Positions 49,259-58,966 of a stretch of DNA of 64,000 nucleotides are shown piece by piece. A program made the position numbers and the translations under genes. The notes under the pieces are model-generated. The model saw only the letters and a program-made list of their open reading frames with translations, made no database searches and was not told the origin of the DNA. The stretch's first letter is position 1; every line of letters begins with the position of its first letter. The stretch comes from Roseiflexaceae bacterium (GTDB lineage Bacteria; Chloroflexota; Chloroflexia; Chloroflexales; Roseiflexaceae), in assembly GCA_947474225.1 (NCBI GenBank), contig CANJHS010000010.1, positions 551 through 64,550 on the forward strand. Direction: 5' to 3'.

Positions 49259-49307
49259 TTGAGATCAGAATTCTCCGATGATTTCGGCGGTAAATCTACA
49301 CAGGGAA

Positions 49308-49323
49308 TGTTTCACGTGAAACA
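49308..49323. other. parS centromere-like site (perfect consensus palindrome)
   Basis: TGTTTCACGTGAAACA, 65 bp from the first copy. Confidence 0.9.
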
Positions 49324-49403
49324 ATCCGTGGTTTGCAAGGCTTTCGCATACGCAACAAGGGCATCGTGTAGAATATGAGGACGAGAAAACAAGGGAGGAA
49401 CAG

Positions 49404-50138
49404 ATGACGATAGCGTTGTTTATTACATGTTTCAACGACACACTCTTCCCGAATACTGGTAAGGCCGTGGTGACCATTCTTGAAAGACTGGGGCATCAGG
49501 TAGCATTCCCGGAGGAGCAAACGTGTTGTGGGCAGATGCACTTCAACACGGGGTATCAGTCAGAAGCGCTGCCATTGATCAAACGGTTTGTGCGGGTTTT
49601 CTCTGAATACGAATGTATCGTGTCGCCCTCTGCTTCGTGCGTGGGGATGGTACGTGATATGTATCAATATGCAGCAGAAGTTGCAAAGGATAAAGGGCTG
49701 GCGGCAGAGGTGAAAGCACTTGCTCCGCGTGTATATGAATTATCTGAGCTACTGGTGAACAAATTAGGTCTTGTGGATGTTGGGGCGTATTACCCGCACC
49801 GTGTCACCTACCATCCCACCTGTCATTCGATCCGCGGGATCCGCGTAGGAGATGCTCCAGAGCAGTTGTTGCGGGCTGTGCGCGGTATTGATTATGTGCC
49901 ATTGCCGGCAGCGGAGGAGTGCTGCGGATTTGGTGGCACGTTTGCGATCAAAAACGCCGATACATCGATGGCGATGTTGAGTGACAAGATGCGCAACATA
50001 ACGGGGACGCGTGCCGAAGTATGTGTGGCAGCCGATAATTCGTGTTTGATGCACATCGGTGGAGCGTTGCATCGGCAGCGCACCGGAGTCAAGATTGCAC
50101 ATCTCGCCGAAGTGCTCGCTTCAGGAGAACAAGCATGA
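49404..50138 (+). CDS. lutA: Lactate utilization protein A (CCG-domain Fe-S oxidoreductase)
   Basis: 244 aa. MTIALFITCFNDTLFP and QTCCGQ motifs match the YkgE/LutA family. RBS is GGGAGG. Confidence 0.85.
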   Translation: MTIALFITCFNDTLFPNTGKAVVTILERLGHQVAFPEEQTCCGQMHFNTGYQSEALPLIKRFVRVFSEYECIVSPSASCVGMVRDMYQYAAEVAKDKGLAAEVKALAPRVYELSELLVNKLGLVDVGAYYPHRVTYHPTCHSIRGIRVGDAPEQLLRAVRGIDYVPLPAAEECCGFGGTFAIKNADTSMAMLSDKMRNITGTRAEVCVAADNSCLMHIGGALHRQRTGVKIAHLAEVLASGEQA

Positions 50139-51583
50139 AGCCAGATTCGGTCATTATTGAATTGTCGCCGGAGTTTTCGGTCGGGGCGAAGCAGGCGCTG
50201 CAGAATACACAGCTCCGCCGCAATATGGGCAAGGCGACACAGACGATTCGTGCCAAGCGGGCGACTGTGGTCGGCGAGTTACCAAACTGGGAATCATTGC
50301 GCGATGCCGGTGAACGCATCAAGGCAGAGACGATGGCGCATTTGGATGTGTATATCGAGCGACTTGAGAAAAACATCCAGGCAGCTGGTGGTACCGTTCA
50401 TTGGGCAAGCACTGCGGCGCAGGCAAACGAGATCGTCACGAAGCTCATCCAGGCGACCAAGTCCAAACATATTATCAAAGTGAAGTCCTTGACGACCGAC
50501 GAGATTCGTTTGAACGAAGCGCTGGAGGCAGCGGGTATCACGCCAATCGAGACAGACCTGGCAGAATTGATTATTCAATTGGCGCACGAAAAATCGTCGC
50601 ATATCCTGGTGCCGGCCATTCACAAAAACCGTTCCGAAATCCGTGAGCTCTTCCAAAAGGCAATGCATCTGCCGGATCTGACGGATGAGCCGAAGGAACT
50701 GGCTGCTGCGGCGCGTACATTCCTGCGCGAGAAGTTCATGACGGTCAAAGTAGCCACCAGCGGTGCGAACTTTGCCATTGCCGAGACGGGGAGTGTCTGT
50801 GTCGTCGAGTCCGAAGGCAATGGGCGTATGTGCCTGACGCTGCCGGATGTGCTCATAACGGTGATGGGAATTGAGAAAATATTGCCGCGCTGGGAAGACC
50901 TCGGCGTGTTTATGCAGTTGCTGCCACGCTCTTCGACGGGCGAGCGGATGAACCCCTACACGTCGATTTGGACCGGTGTACACCCCGGCGACGGACCGCA
51001 AGAGTTCCACATTGTGCTGCTCGACAATGGGCGCACCCAAGTCTTGGGTGATAGTGTGGGACGACAGACGTTGCACTGCATTCGCTGCAGCGCGTGTATC
51101 AATATTTGTCCGGTGTATGAACGGACCGGTGGTCATGCGTATGGATCGGTCTATCCCGGTCCTATCGGGGCTATTCTGACGCCGCAGTTAGTGGGCACCG
51201 AGCATGCTGCATCACTGCCATATGCATCGTCGCTGTGCGGCGCGTGCTATGACGTCTGCCCGGTCAAGATAAATATCCCCGAGGTATTGGTGCATTTGCG
51301 CGGTCGTGTCGTGCGCGAAAAGCATTCGCATGTGTCGGGGTGGTTGGATCCAGAATCCATTGGAATGTCTGGGCTAGGGCAAGTCTTCGGCAATCGAATG
51401 GCATACGAAGGTGCTCAGACCATGGGCAAACTCGCGCAGTGGCTGTTCGTGCATGATGGATATATAGAAAATGGTCCTGGGCCATTGGGTGCTTGGACCG
51501 CGATGCGTGATTTGCAGGCAATCCCAGATCAGACGTTCAGACAGTGGTGGCGCGAAAGGAATGAACATGACGACCACGCGTAA
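50135..51583 (+). CDS. lutB: Lactate utilization protein B (4Fe-4S binding)
   Basis: Has two ferredoxin-type motifs, CIRCSACINICP and CGACYDVCP. Its ATG overlaps the lutA stop. Confidence 0.85.
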   Translation: MKPDSVIIELSPEFSVGAKQALQNTQLRRNMGKATQTIRAKRATVVGELPNWESLRDAGERIKAETMAHLDVYIERLEKNIQAAGGTVHWASTAAQANEIVTKLIQATKSKHIIKVKSLTTDEIRLNEALEAAGITPIETDLAELIIQLAHEKSSHILVPAIHKNRSEIRELFQKAMHLPDLTDEPKELAAAARTFLREKFMTVKVATSGANFAIAETGSVCVVESEGNGRMCLTLPDVLITVMGIEKILPRWEDLGVFMQLLPRSSTGERMNPYTSIWTGVHPGDGPQEFHIVLLDNGRTQVLGDSVGRQTLHCIRCSACINICPVYERTGGHAYGSVYPGPIGAILTPQLVGTEHAASLPYASSLCGACYDVCPVKINIPEVLVHLRGRVVREKHSHVSGWLDPESIGMSGLGQVFGNRMAYEGAQTMGKLAQWLFVHDGYIENGPGPLGAWTAMRDLQAIPDQTFRQWWRERNEHDDHA

Positions 51584-52217
51584 TCAAGTCCTCGCTGATA
51601 TCCGTGCCGCAACGGCACGAGGGGAGCGCCCTGGGCATCAGACCCATTCTTTTGCGACAGATTTGCAGGCAGAGGCAGCACTGAGTCCTAGCGCTTTGGT
51701 GCATATGTTTGCAGAGCGTGTCAGTGAATACAAGGCGTGGGTCGGCTACAGTACGTCGGCCGGATTATCAGAAGCAATTGGTGAGCGGCTGGCGTTGTAT
51801 GGCACACGATATGTGGTGCCAGCGGATTTCCCTGCAGATCTTGTCCAACAATTGCCGTGTGTGCGAGACGAGCAGTTGAGCCATGCAGATATTGCAAGTG
51901 CTGATGGGGTTGTCAGTTTGTCTGCACTAGGAATTGCGCAGACCGGTTCGATTGTGCTCGATGCAGGGGTTGGTCAGGGACGGCGTGTGTTGACGCTGTT
52001 GCCGGATTATCATCTGTGTGTGGTCTATGCAGCGTCGATTGTATTGACGGTGCCCGAGGCATTTGAACGCCTGCGTGCATCGATCCAAGAACGACGTGCG
52101 CCGTTGACGTTCATCTCGGGACCATCAGCGACGTCCGATATTGAGTTGAATCGTGTCGAAGGGGTGCATGGGCCACGGCGCCTGGAGGTCATTATTGTCG
52201 ATGCACCAGGCCGCTGA
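51567..52217 (+). CDS. lutC: Lactate utilization protein C
   Basis: LUD/YkgG-family size and position after lutAB. The start is ATG 51567 (or 51561), overlapping the end of lutB. Confidence 0.75.
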   Translation: MTTTRNQVLADIRAATARGERPGHQTHSFATDLQAEAALSPSALVHMFAERVSEYKAWVGYSTSAGLSEAIGERLALYGTRYVVPADFPADLVQQLPCVRDEQLSHADIASADGVVSLSALGIAQTGSIVLDAGVGQGRRVLTLLPDYHLCVVYAASIVLTVPEAFERLRASIQERRAPLTFISGPSATSDIELNRVEGVHGPRRLEVIIVDAPGR

Positions 52218-52238
52218 GCATGCGTCTGGGGGTGGGAG

Positions 52239-52264
52239 GCGGGCTGCAGGAGCAGCCCGCTTTT
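52239..52264 (+). terminator. Terminator after lutC (shared with the convergent cupredoxin gene)
   Basis: GCGGGCTGC-agga-GCAGCCCGC followed by TTTT. Confidence 0.75.
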
Positions 52265-52744
52265 CTATGGAGTAATGGTGATGGTACCAATCATTTGGAG
52301 GTGGTTTGGACCGCAGTACGAGGTACATGCGAGGGGGTAGGTGCCGGGGGTGGTGAAGGTGATGGTGCGTGTACTGATGGTGCCGGCGATGATGGGGATG
52401 GCAGGTTCTTTGCCGATTTTGAGGGAGTGCATCACATCCATACTGGTAGCCACGATGGTGACGGTCGACCCGACGGGGATGGTGAATGCAAACGGTTGAT
52501 CGCGCCGCTGTCCCGCATCAAAGACCCACTCTTTGGCGATGAGACGGAGGGTGTAGGAGGATGCCCCTGTTTTGAAGAGACCGCGGTCGCGGAATTCTGT
52601 CATGTTGAGGCGGAGCGGGTCGATAGTGCCTGCGGCTATCGGTAAACGGACCAGCTGGACGGCAAGGAACGCCGCAGCCAAGGTGAGAGAAACGGCTCCC
52701 ACGATGACTGCGGCTATTTTCCAACCGGCAATAGGGCGACGCAT
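52265..52744 (-). CDS. Membrane-anchored CuA-type cupredoxin (cytochrome c oxidase subunit II C-terminal domain-like)
   Basis: Has one N-terminal TM helix. Has DVMHSL plus C-TSY-C-GPN-H-LQ-M, matching the CuA ligand pattern H...CxxxCGxxHxxM. Met35 of the track ORF is chosen because the track start overlaps the upstream gene. Confidence 0.65.
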   Translation of the reverse strand: MRRPIAGWKIAAVIVGAVSLTLAAAFLAVQLVRLPIAAGTIDPLRLNMTEFRDRGLFKTGASSYTLRLIAKEWVFDAGQRRDQPFAFTIPVGSTVTIVATSMDVMHSLKIGKEPAIPIIAGTISTRTITFTTPGTYPLACTSYCGPNHLQMIGTITITP

Positions 52745-52748
52745 CGAT

Positions 52749-53792
52749 CTAAAAGAAAATCTTTGCGATGCCGAGGATGCCTTGCTTCCACGGCACGCGG
52801 TGTGATACCCCGCTGGCGTTGGCGAATCCGGCCAGATTGGCGACATACCAGTGGTAGTTGCGAATCAGTGCTTGTTTGTTCGAGTACTGCGGTACATAAC
52901 CCAATGTGCTCTGTGCTTTCTCGATAGAGACGAACGAATCAGTGACGGCAGTCTCGTAGACCCATTTGTATAGGGGCGAAAGTTTGAGGAGCTCGAGGAA
53001 GCGCAGCGTCCAGATAACTGGTGCTGCTGGCAATGGGCGGACTTTCTTGCCGAAGCCGGCGACATCCAAGACTGCTTGGTAGTCTTCGCGCATGGTGGTG
53101 AATTCTTTGGCGCCGACATTGAACGTGTCGTTGACGACGGCGTCCTCGCCGGTTGCGCAGAGGTAGATGGCTTGGCAGAGGTCTTCGACATCGAGGAATT
53201 GGTAGCGGTTGTTGCCGCTGCCGATCATGGGGAAGCCGTGGCCGTCTTTGGCCCAGTCATACAGTAGCGCAAAGACGCCCAACCGCTCGGGTCCGACAAA
53301 GGACTTGGGTCGGAGGATGGGCACAATCATGCCCGTTGCGCGGTAGTCGAGGCAGATTTGCTCGGCGGCGACTTTTGCCTCGCCGTAGGGACCAACGCCG
53401 ACGAGGGTATCGTCTTCGAAGAGCGGATGGTGATCGGGGATCCCGTATACAGCGGTCGAAGAGATGTGGATGACACGTTTGATACCGCGCTTCTGGGCGG
53501 CAGTCAAGACATTACGGGTGCCATCGAGGTCAGTGGTGCGGATATCTTTTTCGGAGTACAGCGGTAGGGCAGCGGCGGTGTGGACAACCAGGTCACAGCC
53601 ATCCATCGCGGCATAGAGTGCGTCTGGGTTACGGATGTCGCCGGTGACTTCGGTAATCTGGATCCGTTCGGGGTAGTCGAACGATGCGATGTCAAAGCTG
53701 ACCACGCTGTGGCCGCGGCTGAGCAGGTATCGGAGCAGATTGATACCCAAAAATCCGGCACCGCCAGTGATGAGAATTCGTGTGGGTTGCAT
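52749..53792 (-). CDS. NAD-dependent epimerase/dehydratase (extended SDR)
   Basis: 347 aa. Has ILITGGAGFLG and a YGEAK active-site motif. Confidence 0.85.
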   Translation of the reverse strand: MQPTRILITGGAGFLGINLLRYLLSRGHSVVSFDIASFDYPERIQITEVTGDIRNPDALYAAMDGCDLVVHTAAALPLYSEKDIRTTDLDGTRNVLTAAQKRGIKRVIHISSTAVYGIPDHHPLFEDDTLVGVGPYGEAKVAAEQICLDYRATGMIVPILRPKSFVGPERLGVFALLYDWAKDGHGFPMIGSGNNRYQFLDVEDLCQAIYLCATGEDAVVNDTFNVGAKEFTTMREDYQAVLDVAGFGKKVRPLPAAPVIWTLRFLELLKLSPLYKWVYETAVTDSFVSIEKAQSTLGYVPQYSNKQALIRNYHWYVANLAGFANASGVSHRVPWKQGILGIAKIFF

Positions 53793-53828
53793 TGTGTGCT
53801 CCTTGCGAAACGGCGACTGCCGTGCGGG

Positions 53829-56561
53829 TTAGTCGGCTGCGTATTCGTTCAAACGCTGGGTGAGACGGACGATTTGGGCCTCGAGGTTTGTCAGGAAGTC
53901 GCGTTCCTTTTGGACCACTGCTGCTGGTGCTTTGCCGGTGAACGACTCATCGCTGAGGCGCGTTCGTTTGCGCTCTGCATCGGTCTGGGCTGATTCGAGG
54001 TCTTTGCTGAGGCGGGCTCGTTCGGCATCCAGATCAATCAAACCAGCCAGTGGGATGAACACCTCGATGTCGCCGATGACCAGTGTGGCAGCGGCTTTGG
54101 GTCGGGCAGGAATGCTGGTCACAATGGTCAACTCGTCATTGCTCAAACGGGCCATGCGAGCCAGCAAGAGCCGTTGTTCGTCGAGTTGTGCGGCGTTGGC
54201 GCTGACGATGGTGGCAGCGACGAACTTGGCCGGTTCGACTTTGTACTCTGAACGGACATTACGGATGCCGATGACCACCTCGCGCAGGGTGCTGATGGTC
54301 AGTTCGGCTGGGATGTCGCGCAGGGAATCGTCTGGCTGCGGATAGGCGGCGACCATCAACGAATCGGCTTGCATGTCTTGGTCGACACGGCCGGTCAAGT
54401 ATTGCCAGGCTTCTTCGGTGACGAAGGGCATGAATGGGTGCAACAGCCGCAGCGAGCCTTCGAGGACGGTGAACAAGACTTCGCGGGTCAAGAGTTGGCG
54501 CTTATCATCGCCGTCGAGCTGGCCCTTGGCGATTTCGACGTACCAGTCGGCGAATTCACTCCAAATGAAGTCTTGGATTTGACGGCCGGCTTCGCCGTAG
54601 TTGTAGCCGGTCATCAAGCGATCGACATCGGCGACGACCTGTTGGTAGCGCGACATGATCCAGCGGTCGGCGACCGTGTATGGGAAGTCGCGCAGGCAGT
54701 GGCCGGTCACGATGTGGGTACTATTGGGCTTCCAGTCGCCGAATCGACCAAGGACGAAGCGGGTGATGTTCCAGAGTTTGTTGGCGAAGTTGCGGCCTGA
54801 TTCGATGCGCTCGGGATTGAGGTTCAAGTCCTGGCCGGGTGAGCTGCTGGTGGCCAGGGTGTACCGCAGGGCATCGGTGCCGAATTGCGACATGATTTCG
54901 AGCGGGTTGACTACATTGCCGTAGGTCTTGGACATTTTGCGGCCGTCTTTGTCACGTACCAGACCATGCAAATAGATGGTGTGGAACGGCGCCTTGCCTG
55001 TCAGGTAGCAGCCCAGCATCATCATACGGGCGACCCAAAAGAACAAGATGTCGTAGCCGGTCTCCATCACCTGAGTGGGGTAGAAGCGCTGGAAGTCTGC
55101 CGTGTTGTCGGGCCAACCAAGGGTCGAGAACGGCCACAAGCCGCTCGAGAACCAGGTGTCGAGCACGTCGGGGTCTTGGGTGATGCCAGGGCCGGTTGGA
55201 TCGGGTTCGTCTGGGCCGGGAACAATCATCTCGCCGTTTGGACCGTACCAGACGGGGATGCGGTGGCCCCACCACAGCTGGCGCGAGATACACCAGTCTT
55301 GGATGTTGTCGAGCCAGTTGTCGTAGACGCGGCCAAAGTTTTCGGGGATGATTTTGGTCTCGCCGCTTTTGACTGCTGCCAGTGCCAGGTCGGCTAGCGG
55401 TTGCATTTTGACGAACCATTGCTCGGACAACAGCGGCTCGATGACTTCGCCGCCGCGTTGGCTGATGCCCACCGACATGCGATGTGGTAGGGTGGCGACG
55501 AGGAGGTGTTCTTTTTCGAGGTCGGCCAGGACCGCTTTGCGGGCGGCGAAGCGTTCGATACCGACATACGGACCAGCCTCGGCGTTGAGCGTTGCATCGC
55601 GGTTGAGGATGTTGATCATCGGCAGGTTTTGGCGTTGCGCGACGGCGTAGTCGTTTTGGTCGTGGGCTGGGGTGATTTTGACGGCACCGGTGCCAAACGT
55701 CGGATCGGCGTGCTCGTCGGCGACGATGGGGATGCGCCGATTGACCACGGGCAAGACCAAGAATTTGCCGATGAGGTGGGCGTAACGCTCGTCGGTGGGA
55801 TTGACGGCGACGGCGACGTCGCCCATCAGGGTCTCGGGTCGGGTAGTGGCGACGGTGATGTACTGGGTCGCGCCGGCTGCCCATGTGCCCGATGCCCAGC
55901 TGCCGGGAGTCCAATCGCCGGCGATGGGGTAGCGGATGTGCCACATATGGACGTCGCGGTCTTCGTATTCGACCTCGAGGTCAGAGACAGCGGTCTGGAG
56001 GTTGGGTGACCAATTCACCAGACGCGTGCCGCGGTAGATGAGGCCGTCGTCGTAGAGTTTTTTGAAGGCGGTACGGACCGCGCGGGACAAATCGGGGTCG
56101 AGGGTAAAGTGCTCACGAGACCAATCGCACGACGCACCGATGCGCCGGAGCTGTTGGGTGATTTTGCCGCCGAATTCTTCTTTCCATGCCCACGTACGCT
56201 TTTCGAATGCTGCACGACCGACTGCTGCCCTGGTCGTACCTTCGCGCACGAGGGCGCGTTCGACCTGGAGCTGGGTGGCGATGCCGGCGTGGTCCGTTCC
56301 TGGGATCCACAACGCTGGATGGCCACACATGCGTTGCCAGCGGGTCATCACGTCTTCGAGGGTGACAAACATCGCATGGCCCATATGCAACTCGCCGGTC
56401 ACGTTGGGTGGCGGCATGGCCACCACAAACGGAGATTTGTCGGTGTTTTTGGAAGGTTGGAACAGCCCTTTGCCGTCCCACCACTCGTACAGCCGCTCTT
56501 CGACGAGGGTTGGTTCGTAGGCCTTGGCCATTTCTTTCGGGCGTTGGAATGATTCCGTCAT
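53829..56561 (-). CDS. valS: Valine--tRNA ligase
   Basis: 910 aa. Has the HIGH motif (PNVTGELHMGH), KMSKT and a C-terminal coiled coil. Confidence 0.95.
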   Translation of the reverse strand: MTESFQRPKEMAKAYEPTLVEERLYEWWDGKGLFQPSKNTDKSPFVVAMPPPNVTGELHMGHAMFVTLEDVMTRWQRMCGHPALWIPGTDHAGIATQLQVERALVREGTTRAAVGRAAFEKRTWAWKEEFGGKITQQLRRIGASCDWSREHFTLDPDLSRAVRTAFKKLYDDGLIYRGTRLVNWSPNLQTAVSDLEVEYEDRDVHMWHIRYPIAGDWTPGSWASGTWAAGATQYITVATTRPETLMGDVAVAVNPTDERYAHLIGKFLVLPVVNRRIPIVADEHADPTFGTGAVKITPAHDQNDYAVAQRQNLPMINILNRDATLNAEAGPYVGIERFAARKAVLADLEKEHLLVATLPHRMSVGISQRGGEVIEPLLSEQWFVKMQPLADLALAAVKSGETKIIPENFGRVYDNWLDNIQDWCISRQLWWGHRIPVWYGPNGEMIVPGPDEPDPTGPGITQDPDVLDTWFSSGLWPFSTLGWPDNTADFQRFYPTQVMETGYDILFFWVARMMMLGCYLTGKAPFHTIYLHGLVRDKDGRKMSKTYGNVVNPLEIMSQFGTDALRYTLATSSSPGQDLNLNPERIESGRNFANKLWNITRFVLGRFGDWKPNSTHIVTGHCLRDFPYTVADRWIMSRYQQVVADVDRLMTGYNYGEAGRQIQDFIWSEFADWYVEIAKGQLDGDDKRQLLTREVLFTVLEGSLRLLHPFMPFVTEEAWQYLTGRVDQDMQADSLMVAAYPQPDDSLRDIPAELTISTLREVVIGIRNVRSEYKVEPAKFVAATIVSANAAQLDEQRLLLARMARLSNDELTIVTSIPARPKAAATLVIGDIEVFIPLAGLIDLDAERARLSKDLESAQTDAERKRTRLSDESFTGKAPAAVVQKERDFLTNLEAQIVRLTQRLNEYAAD

Positions 56562-56660
56562 AATTCACCTATAGAACATCATTGCGATGCATTATAAAAG
56601 AAATTTCTCACGAGTGGAGAAACAATTTACACAAAATAATATTATTCACTATCGATACGC

Positions 56661-57752
56661 TCAAAGAACCTTCGAGAGTGTCGTTACGGTGACGCCTAAT
56701 TGGGCAAATCGGTCGAGGATGCGCGGCAACGCGTCGGCTGTCGTCTGGTTGCCACAATGGGCCAGCAAGATGGCACCGGTGCGTTTGTCGGCGCTGAGGG
56801 TGTTGGTCAGGCGGTCGAAGAGATAGTCGGCGCTTTTGACTTCTCCGAACGAATCGAGGCTATCGAGCGTCCAGAAAATAGGCAAGTAGCCGTGTGCAAT
56901 GATGACTTTCAGGACACGTTCGTCGTACGACCCAAAGGGCGGGCGCATGTATGGTGCAGGTCGCACTCCCGCGACTGCGTACAAGGCATCCGCCATGCCA
57001 TCGAGTTCGGCGCCGATTTGTTCGTCGCTGATCAGGCGGAAGTCCGGATGCGAGACGCTGTGATTGCCTATTTCGTGGCCATCGGCGACGATGCGGCGGG
57101 TGAGGTCGGGATTTTTCACTATCCAGTCACCCGACAAAAAGAAGGTGATATGCACATTCCTGGCAGCCAATGCGTCGAGCATTGCCGTGGTCGGGGCCGC
57201 GCTTGCGCCTGCATCGAGGGTCAGTGAGATCGCTTCTTGGCTGCTCCCACGCTGGACGATGATAGATTGCGAGGCAATGCTCGCGCCGGCAGGATTGATT
57301 TGCGGGATGATGAGTGGCTGTTGGGCGTGTACTTCGCCGTCGATGCGGTTGTAGGTACGGATCAGCGCTGCATCACTGCCGGATCGGGCCGCGATGTCGG
57401 CCAGCGTTTCGCCCTCTTTGACGCGGTATGCGATGTAGCTTTGGACTGCTGCTGATTCGGTTGGGGTTGGTGTGCGTTGTATTGGTGTAGGCGAAAACGT
57501 GGTGGGCACAACTGTTGCAGACGCGGGTGGGGGTATGGCAGCGGTCGGTGAAAAAGCCGCCGTTGCGCTCGGGCGCTGGTCGCCTGCTGTTGCGGTTTGT
57601 TGCGTCACGGCGACGGTCTGCGTTGTGGCTGGTTGCTCCATGGTCTGGGTCTGTGTCGGGCTGTCGATGACTTGTATGACGCGTTGTGCTGCAGCATACA
57701 ACACCAAAAGCATACAACCGACCAGGAGCAAAAAGAGCCACGGGTATTTCAT
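56661..57752 (-). CDS. Polysaccharide deacetylase (NodB/CE4) with TM anchor and LysM domain
   Basis: Has LysM (EGETLADIAARSG) and NodB motifs TLDAGAS and HEIGNHSVSH. Confidence 0.85.
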   Translation of the reverse strand: MKYPWLFLLLVGCMLLVLYAAAQRVIQVIDSPTQTQTMEQPATTQTVAVTQQTATAGDQRPSATAAFSPTAAIPPPASATVVPTTFSPTPIQRTPTPTESAAVQSYIAYRVKEGETLADIAARSGSDAALIRTYNRIDGEVHAQQPLIIPQINPAGASIASQSIIVQRGSSQEAISLTLDAGASAAPTTAMLDALAARNVHITFFLSGDWIVKNPDLTRRIVADGHEIGNHSVSHPDFRLISDEQIGAELDGMADALYAVAGVRPAPYMRPPFGSYDERVLKVIIAHGYLPIFWTLDSLDSFGEVKSADYLFDRLTNTLSADKRTGAILLAHCGNQTTADALPRILDRFAQLGVTVTTLSKVL

Positions 57753-58240
57753 TATGGTGTGATCCTGAGCGAAGCGGCAATCAGGATGCGCAGGGTTTGT
57801 TCGTGGCCACTCGCGCGCAGGACCGCGGTCGGGATGACGAGGTAGCCCCAGGCTGCATGGACCAGCAAAATGTAGCGTTTGTTTTCGATGAGTTTGCTAA
57901 ATTTGTCCCAGCTGTAGGTCACACTGCGCTCAGCAACGGTGACGACGACGCCGGCACTGTCGAAGGCAATGGTGGTGGGCAGTGCGGGTTGGCTGAGCCG
58001 AGTGACGCTCATCAGAATAAGCGGCACCGGATCGACAAAGAGCAGAATGGCGATCACATACAACATCAATTGGGTCGATGCAAAGCCGGTGCGGTAGGCC
58101 TGATAAATGGTGAAGCTGAAAATGCCCAACGCCACGATTTGATAGACGCGGTGTTTGAGCGTGCTCCCCTGATAGAGTGTGGCGGCAGCGAGGCCATCAC
58201 TCATCGAGTAGCGGCAGGTTATCGATGCAGGTGTGGTCAT
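57752..58240 (-). CDS. YcxB-like membrane protein
   Basis: Has two TM helices, then YSWDKFSKLIENKRYILLVHAAWGYLVIP, resembling the YcxB-like domain. Its stop overlaps the downstream start (TAATG). Confidence 0.55.
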   Translation of the reverse strand: MTTPASITCRYSMSDGLAAATLYQGSTLKHRVYQIVALGIFSFTIYQAYRTGFASTQLMLYVIAILLFVDPVPLILMSVTRLSQPALPTTIAFDSAGVVVTVAERSVTYSWDKFSKLIENKRYILLVHAAWGYLVIPTAVLRASGHEQTLRILIAASLRITP

Positions 58241-58947
58241 GGGATGTTGAGTTCCTGTCCTACGATGAGTGCGTCCGGGTTCTGGAGGTACGGATTGACG
58301 GCCACGATTTGTTTGACCGTGACCTTGAACTTGTCGGCGATGGATCCGAGCGAATCACCAGATTGGACAGCATAAACACGCAATCCGACGGGTTCGGTCG
58401 GTGCAGGGATGAGGGTCGGCTCGACGCTTGCACTGACGGCTGTCGGGACAGGGGTCGCTACGGCTTGGGCGGTGGCTGCGGGCGTGGCAGCACCGGGTTC
58501 GATGGTATCGGTCAACGTGGTCGTATCGGTGAGTGTCGTGGTATCGGTTATTCCTGTGCCTTCTTCGAGCGAGACGGTAGGAGTGAGGACGGCGGTCTCT
58601 TGTGTAGGCTCGATGATGGGCTCGGCGGTAATGGTCACCTCGGGGATGTCGGTAGCGGCTTGGTCAATGGTGGTTTCGTCGATGATGGGCTCGACCGAGG
58701 TATCGACGGGACGATCTACCGACGACGCCACGGGCAACAGCAGCGTCAGATTCGCAATGCGAAAGCTACCGATGTTGATGCTCGATAGACTGAGCACTGC
58801 ACTGACTACCAGGACAGAAACGATGGCGCCAAACACCGCTGCCACATTCGGTGGCAAGATAGTGCGGAACATGCGTAACACCAATGCCCCCAAAAACGGG
58901 AGGATGAGTGCAATCGCCAGCAGGATGGTGATGACGGTTTGTGACAT
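58237..58947 (-). CDS. Membrane-anchored LysM-domain protein with a Thr/Pro-rich linker
   Basis: Has a C-terminal LysM (VQSGDSLGSIADKF ... VGQELNIP). The linker contains an 18-nt coding repeat (TDTTTL x2.5). Confidence 0.7.
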   Translation of the reverse strand: MSQTVITILLAIALILPFLGALVLRMFRTILPPNVAAVFGAIVSVLVVSAVLSLSSINIGSFRIANLTLLLPVASSVDRPVDTSVEPIIDETTIDQAATDIPEVTITAEPIIEPTQETAVLTPTVSLEEGTGITDTTTLTDTTTLTDTIEPGAATPAATAQAVATPVPTAVSASVEPTLIPAPTEPVGLRVYAVQSGDSLGSIADKFKVTVKQIVAVNPYLQNPDALIVGQELNIP

Positions 58948-58966
58948 GTGCGTGCTCCAGCCCCTA

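Noticed and set aside
49035-49259. 75-codon N-terminal extension of ParA in the ORF track
   Set aside because: It translates through a perfect parS site and AT-rich promoter DNA. A GTG with a well-spaced AGGAG at 49034 gives a canonical-length Soj protein.
54952-55944. 330-aa minus-strand ORF inside valS
   Set aside because: It is an alternate frame of valS with an extreme Arg/Pro/His bias (RRRRRRQSHRR and similar). The valS frame has unmistakable class I synthetase motifs.
58505-58558. 18-nt coding repeat (TDTTTL) in the LysM protein gene
   Set aside because: It is an ordinary low-complexity Thr-rich linker repeat inside a CDS, and not treated as a separate element.
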